Of a DNA stretch of 64,000 bases, positions 58,143 to 64,000 are shown in pieces. The stretch covers positions 5,890,001-5,954,000 of the forward strand of contig CAVNZM010000014.1 of assembly GCA_963693365.1 (NCBI GenBank), read 5' to 3'. The stretch is from Amoebidium appalachense. Taxonomy: Eukaryota; Protista; Ichthyosporea. Both the position numbers and the translations under genes were made by a program. The notes under the pieces are model-generated. The model was not told where the DNA came from, ran no database searches, and was given only the letters and a program-made list of their open reading frames with translations. Every line of letters starts with the position of its first letter. The stretch's first letter is position 1.

Positions 58143-59570
58143 TTAAACGAATATAACCACCACGGCCACGGGCATAAAGATGACGCCAAACACGGCCAGG
58201 AACCAGGCAGCGTACTTCTTGCCACCGGCCCACTTGCTCTCTGATGGCGGCGCCCATCCCTTCTCGGCATCGGCCTGTGCGTCGTTGTACACAAACATCT
58301 TCAGGTATGCAATGGAAGGAATGATGTACGCAGACAGGGTGCAAGAGGTGGCACCCACAATACCAAACACCAGCCCGAGGTTGGTAACAGTCACAGCGAT
58401 TGCAAGGGTCGTTGCCAGAAGAACACCTGTGCAGATCCAATACACTGCACGTGTCGCATTACCACGTGGACCCGAAACATATTCACCCTTACCACTCAAA
58501 ATAATCGCCTGCATAACCAGATTGACTAAGGCGTCACGCGTCGGATGGAAGAGAACCGGGTAGGACACCGAGACGACAAAGGCAAGCATCAGGCGCGCCG
58601 CAGACACGACGGGGGTGATGGGATAGTCGGTGAGGATGTTAGGGCTGACGTTTGTGCCGTATGTTAGTAACCCGCACAGGCCGAAAGCCATGTACACCAC
58701 ACCCACAAGAGCTACTGAACCTCCGCCCACATAATTCATCGACTTGACGCTGGGCTTCTTTATGACGTTGTAGATAGCCGGGATGTTGACCTGGCAGGCA
58801 AATGCAAAGATGAACATGGGTAGGCCGCGCAGAACACCAAGCCCGTCGTTGCTAACAACCTGAATTGGCCCACGGCAGGTGGCATCATCTTTGCCGTAGC
58901 ATGCGTTGAAGAAATCGGAGGGAGCAACGAAGAAAAGAAGCACGACCACCATGACGTACAGGACGGCAACAATAGCCAGCGTGCTGGTGAACTTGAGCTT
59001 GTCGATGTTGGGCATGCAGGCAAGGGGGGCACCGACCACCGCAAACACGATGCCGATCCAAAAGAGGCGGTTGTAGAGGAAACTGTCGGCAGCAATGGAA
59101 GACCCCGCCACCTGCTTCACAAACTGCGGCAGGAGGTCGCCCACCACCATCAGGTACGAGATGCATGCGCCAATGCACATAAACACCACGGACACATCTC
59201 CCAACCATCCTAGTCGCGGGAATGCCTCCTTAAAAACGCCGCCGTATGACGTGTTTTCGCCTCCGACGCGATGACAACATTTGCTATAGAAGTGAATGGT
59301 GAGGGCAGAGCCGGCCAAAGAGAAAGCAACCAGAACTACTGCCACCAGCCACCCGCACTGGGCGAATGCAAAGGGGAGGGCAAGCACACCAGTGCCGATA
59401 ATTGTGTTTGTGAGGTTTGCTATGCCGCCAAACACAGAAGATTTACGAGAACTGTGGCTATTTTCGCTTCCACCCTGCGTGTTGCTTCCGATGGAGACAA
59501 CGTCACCAGCAGGAGAAACGACCTCCCCAGTCTTGGGCAGTTTATCGTTGTACATGACAACGGAAGACAT
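58143..59570 (-). CDS. AAAP/SLC38-type amino-acid transporter (Avt-like), intronless, 475 aa
   Basis: SSVFGGIANLTNTIIGTGVLALPFAF..GW, YLMVVGD, LKFTS, FIFAFACQVNI, GLLTYG...PNIL..Y, SYPVLFHP.R, VFGIVGAT...YIIP; about 11 hydrophobic segments. First ATG at 59570. Confidence 0.93.
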   Translation of the reverse strand: MSSVVMYNDKLPKTGEVVSPAGDVVSIGSNTQGGSENSHSSRKSSVFGGIANLTNTIIGTGVLALPFAFAQCGWLVAVVLVAFSLAGSALTIHFYSKCCHRVGGENTSYGGVFKEAFPRLGWLGDVSVVFMCIGACISYLMVVGDLLPQFVKQVAGSSIAADSFLYNRLFWIGIVFAVVGAPLACMPNIDKLKFTSTLAIVAVLYVMVVVLLFFVAPSDFFNACYGKDDATCRGPIQVVSNDGLGVLRGLPMFIFAFACQVNIPAIYNVIKKPSVKSMNYVGGGSVALVGVVYMAFGLCGLLTYGTNVSPNILTDYPITPVVSAARLMLAFVVSVSYPVLFHPTRDALVNLVMQAIILSGKGEYVSGPRGNATRAVYWICTGVLLATTLAIAVTVTNLGLVFGIVGATSCTLSAYIIPSIAYLKMFVYNDAQADAEKGWAPPSESKWAGGKKYAAWFLAVFGVIFMPVAVVVIFV

Positions 59571-59819
59571 GGCGCTCGACAAAGGTATTTTTTAGTGCGA
59601 AGGATGTATAATTCGTGTTGAGAAGATGTAAAAAACATAAAAGGGGAAAATGGAAAGGAATATAAGGCAGCACGAGCTTGAGAGATCAGCTGTGGCTTCA
59701 CTGTGGCTTACAGTATGCGCAAAGAGCTTGTGCAAAGTTAAACGCGTTAAAAATGTGCGGTGACTGCGGTCGCACGGGCTCTCCCCTGGTCTGATGACGG
59801 GTGCCAAAAGCCAGCGACC

Positions 59820-59885
59820 TTATATACCGATTGGGAAAATCGCCCATCATGCTGATTGGTCAAGCATCAGATCGCTACACCAATA
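59820..59885 (-). promoter_or_regulatory. Putative core promoter of the transporter (TATA plus CCAAT boxes)
   Basis: GGTATATAAG on the minus strand ~250 bp upstream of the ATG, with several CCAAT/ATTGG motifs immediately upstream. Confidence 0.45.
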
Positions 59886-61662
59886 GGAATGAGCTTTGTA
59901 ATCTAGCCAATAGGAGAAATCTATAGATCTGCCAATTAGATGGCGCTACGCATTCCGAATCCTCGGCGCAAAAGTTCAAAGTGCACCAGGCAGGAAGAGG
60001 TGATTTTGTGTGGCTTTGTTTATCTACGAAATAATGTTTATTATCATAGCCTGGTGATTGAATGCAAAAATAAAGAATATAATGGAGCACGCAGTATTTA
60101 TCACAGCAAAGATCATACACCAGTAGCAGCACCTTGGCATGGTTGTGTACAGATAGGAAGATACATGGATCACGTACCGACTTGTTTTTTTGACGCACGG
60201 TACACTGCATGCAGCATGACATGTCCTGTTCCGATTCTCATACCCTGCAAAGTGGGCACAGACGTCACAGCCCCTGCCCGACATCCACGTCACACACACA
60301 ACTTTCACCATAATCCCGGGTGTCACGAAGCTCTAAACCATAATAAATGCTAACGTCACCCGCTTAACCTAGCTATCATCAGCCTAGCTAGGGCGCAATT
60401 GCAAGCAAGAAACGGAGCTCTGGATCCAGAAGAATTGACGGAAATTTTAAATGGAGGAGGCGCCAGTGCAAGTGTACTGTAACAGTTTGCGATGATGGCC
60501 CGAGGGCCCTGGCCATAATATAATGTGCATTCGGCTGCAGATTTTGCTTCTAATTGAAAGCTACGTGATACCAGAGTTCATCTAAAACAAAAACCACGTC
60601 GTTGTCTATCGCTAATATTAGGACTTCTTGCCACACATCTGCACATTTGCGTTGACATGGAAACCGACTGGTACGATGATAAAAAGCTCGAGCCAAAAGC
60701 CAGCTGCACTGGGTGGGGTTGTGGCTTACACCTGTGCCCTACACCCGGGGCAACCCCATGCCACAACCAGAACATGCACTGGCTCAACCCCCCCCCCCCC
60801 CCCCTCCCCCCCTCCCGCCCCCCCTCCCCCCCCCCCCCCCCCGCGGATAATAATCCCCCCCCCCCCCCCCCCCTCCCCCCGCCCCCGCCCCCGCCCCCCT
60901 CCCCCCGGCTCCCGGGGCCGTTCCACCGCCCAAGGGTCTTTTCCTCCCTCTTCCCCCCGCGCTCCCTCCATTCCCCTTTTGGCAGAATAACTCTGCTTTT
61001 GGTAAAATATATTCGTGCTGGAAGTAAGTTGACTTGAGATCTGCCGATATGGTTGCTGACAGTTGCGCCCTCATAAACGAAACTCGTGTGAGCAAGTCAC
61101 TGAGTTGTAAACTAGCATACAACATACACTGTCAGGCATTATATCTAGAAATAAAATTTACAAATGCAAGGGCTTCATATTAATAATATACTATGGCATG
61201 GTAAACATGTTAGCAGCACGCCATTTTTGAAGGCTATATCCCAACATTGCCAAGCGAACAACTAAATTATACATATAATTAGCAGGCTTTTTTAATGAAT
61301 TGGGTGCCTCTGCACAGAACTGAGATGTGAAAATTTTGCTACTATTACATAAGTGTGTCTGTTAAAGTTTTTTCTGCGTGCACGTGTGCGCTGTGCGTGT
61401 GTGTGTGTATGTGTGTGGGTGTGGGTGGGTGTGGGTGTGGGCGTGTGTGTGTGTGTGTGCTTCCTTCTACTTTCACGCACATGTGCATGTGTGTGCGCGT
61501 GCTTACGTTCGTGTGTGCATTCATCATCGCATCCGGGCATGCACTTGTGCGTGACTCAGTGTATCGGGGGGGAGGGGTGGTTACGGTACGAGTTTGTGTG
61601 TATGTGTGTGGCTGGGTGGGTGTGTGTGGCTCAGTGGAGATGGAATTGCTTGTGTGTGCAGG

Positions 61663-61714
<52 letters not shown>

Positions 61715-61729
61715 TGTGCATGCGTATGC

Positions 61730-61798
<69 letters not shown>

Positions 61799-62181
61799 TG
61801 TGTGTGTGTGTGCGTGCATGTGTGTGTGTGTGTGTGTTTGTGTTTGCGTGTATGTGTGTGTGTGTGTGTGTGTATGATTGTGTGTGTGTGTGTGGGTCCG
61901 TGTGTGTTTCTGTGTATGACTGTGCGTGCAGCACTTGCAAAAGGCAGTATCCATTGTTTAGTTATAATTAGGCATCACACAGGTTAGTACATACATCGTA
62001 CCACAAATGGCGGTGTGCTTGTGTATCACAGTGGGCTTGTGCATAGCACGAAACCCTACTGGGGTGCTTAAAAGATGCTGTTACAGTAGAAATTGTCCCT
62101 CTGTCAAATTGGGGTTCAGTGCCTTGCCGCAGGTGTCTCGTCATGCCAACATATTCCCCTTCCCCTCTCCCCCTCCCCCCC

Positions 62182-62212
<31 letters not shown>

Positions 62213-62405
62213 GAAAAAAAAGAACAAAAAAAAAATAGAAAATAAGGAAAAGGACAACCACTCTTAGCACCTCCGAAACTTTGCTTGGGCATTTTTGTTA
62301 ATGTCATACTCAGCACCACTGCGTTTTGGTGGGGCCTAAATTCAATACACCTACTTTCTAAACCATCACCACAACCGTTTAGTTTACTAAAAACTGCCGG
62401 TCCAG

Positions 62406-62445
<40 letters not shown>

Positions 62446-62620
62446 AGCCTGGCCTGTTTTGATATTAATTACTTTCCGGATTTTTTTTTCTTTCTTTCTT
62501 TTTTTTTGGTTTGGGGAGAGGGGGAGAGGGGGGGTACCAAGATGCCTTTCCTGAGGACACAGGAGACTCTGTATGCTGTCTGTGTGTGTGGACGCATGTG
62601 GTGGTGGTGGTGGTGGTGGT

Positions 62621-62792
<172 letters not shown>

Positions 62793-62858
62793 GGTGGGTG
62801 GGTGAGGGGGGGGGCAGAGAGGGAGGGGGGGGAGGGGACAGAGAGAGAGAGCCTCGCT

Positions 62859-63016
<158 letters not shown>

Positions 63017-63764
63017 AGGGGAGGGTGGGGAGGCGGAGAGAGAAAGGGGGGGATCCGGAGGGAGGGAGGGACACAGAGGGAGAGGGAGGGGAGAGAGAGA
63101 GAGAGAGAGAGTGTGTGTGTGTGTGTGCACGCACGGGCCGCAAAGTTGTTGTGGGAAACCGGAATACAAAGCCGTGCTGTCCGGCAATATGAGATGCGAC
63201 AATGAGGAGCACTGCGACCCGTGTCTGAGGCTTATAGTAGTAAGCATGTACGAGTCTAACTAAGGCATCTTCTGTTCATATTCCCTTGCAGTTCAGAATC
63301 ATCATTTGTAGATTGATCCAAAAACTAAAAAAAAATGAATTCCAATTCCCCGAATAGCCAAGACAATATTGAAGTTGAGAAAGCTAGCAGAATGCGTGGT
63401 TCAACATACTTTGCTCATTGACAATTGTGATCAATTATAAGACAAGTGGGAAGTTGGAGGGTGGGGACTTGCATCATGAAAAGTATCTTCATAGGGTTTG
63501 AATCATTATTATTGCTTGCCCCCCACCCCCCTCCTCCCCCCTCCCCTCCTCCACTGTCCCATTCTCCCCCTCAACCCCCCCCCCCCCTCCCCCCGATGAA
63601 TAATATGTATCTGTATATGTATCCTACTACCTCATGCATGTCACGGTAGGGGCAGTTGGCACGTCTTGCACGGTGGGTGCTAGAGTGACCGTGCCGCGCG
63701 GCCGGGCTGCGTGACACGCTGGGTGGATCATCGTGGTTTAGGGGAGGTGTGAAGGGGAGGGGAA

Positions 63765-63815
<51 letters not shown>

Positions 63816-63909
63816 TGGCGGGGCGTGTGTGACGCACGATGCGCGTGTGCAGGCCTGGTGGGGAGGGGGGGGGGGGGGGGGGAGAGAGGCCTTGGGGGGA
63901 GGCCCCGGG

Positions 63910-63945
<36 letters not shown>

Positions 63946-64000
63946 GGAGGAGGGAGGGGGGAGGGGGCTGAGGTTCCGATACTGTAGTCGCTGCTCTGAA

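Noticed and set aside
60430-60445. rRNA-like GAATTGACGG
   Set aside because: Isolated 10-mer without flanking rRNA similarity.

Overview
Eukaryotic genomic DNA with GT-AG introns, extremely rich in poly-G/poly-C, (CA)n, (GA)n and (GTGC)n tracts; most short ORFs in the track are microsatellite artefacts. Supported genes: a 6-exon transaldolase (-), an intronless GH114 glycosidase (-), a CBM14 chitin-binding membrane protein (-), a 3-exon globin-domain protein (+) whose G and H helices appear to be separated by a ~220-aa insert, a secreted FN3-like/ricin-lectin protein broken by a homopolymer frameshift (-), and an AAAP amino-acid transporter (-). Mobile DNA: an intact young Ty1/copia element (49239-55117; 765-bp LTRs, AACAC TSD) and a tandem array of five LTRs of a miniature non-autonomous element (10005-13061; one GATGT TSD) that shares its termini, half-tRNAiMet PBS and PPT with the copia and carries a hypervariable 13-bp minisatellite in the LTR. 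There are also two MITE-like families, a probable LINE 3' fragment, and a structured ~260-nt intronic element present in host-sense orientation in two unrelated genes. All calls are by eye; no database searches or folding programs were run.
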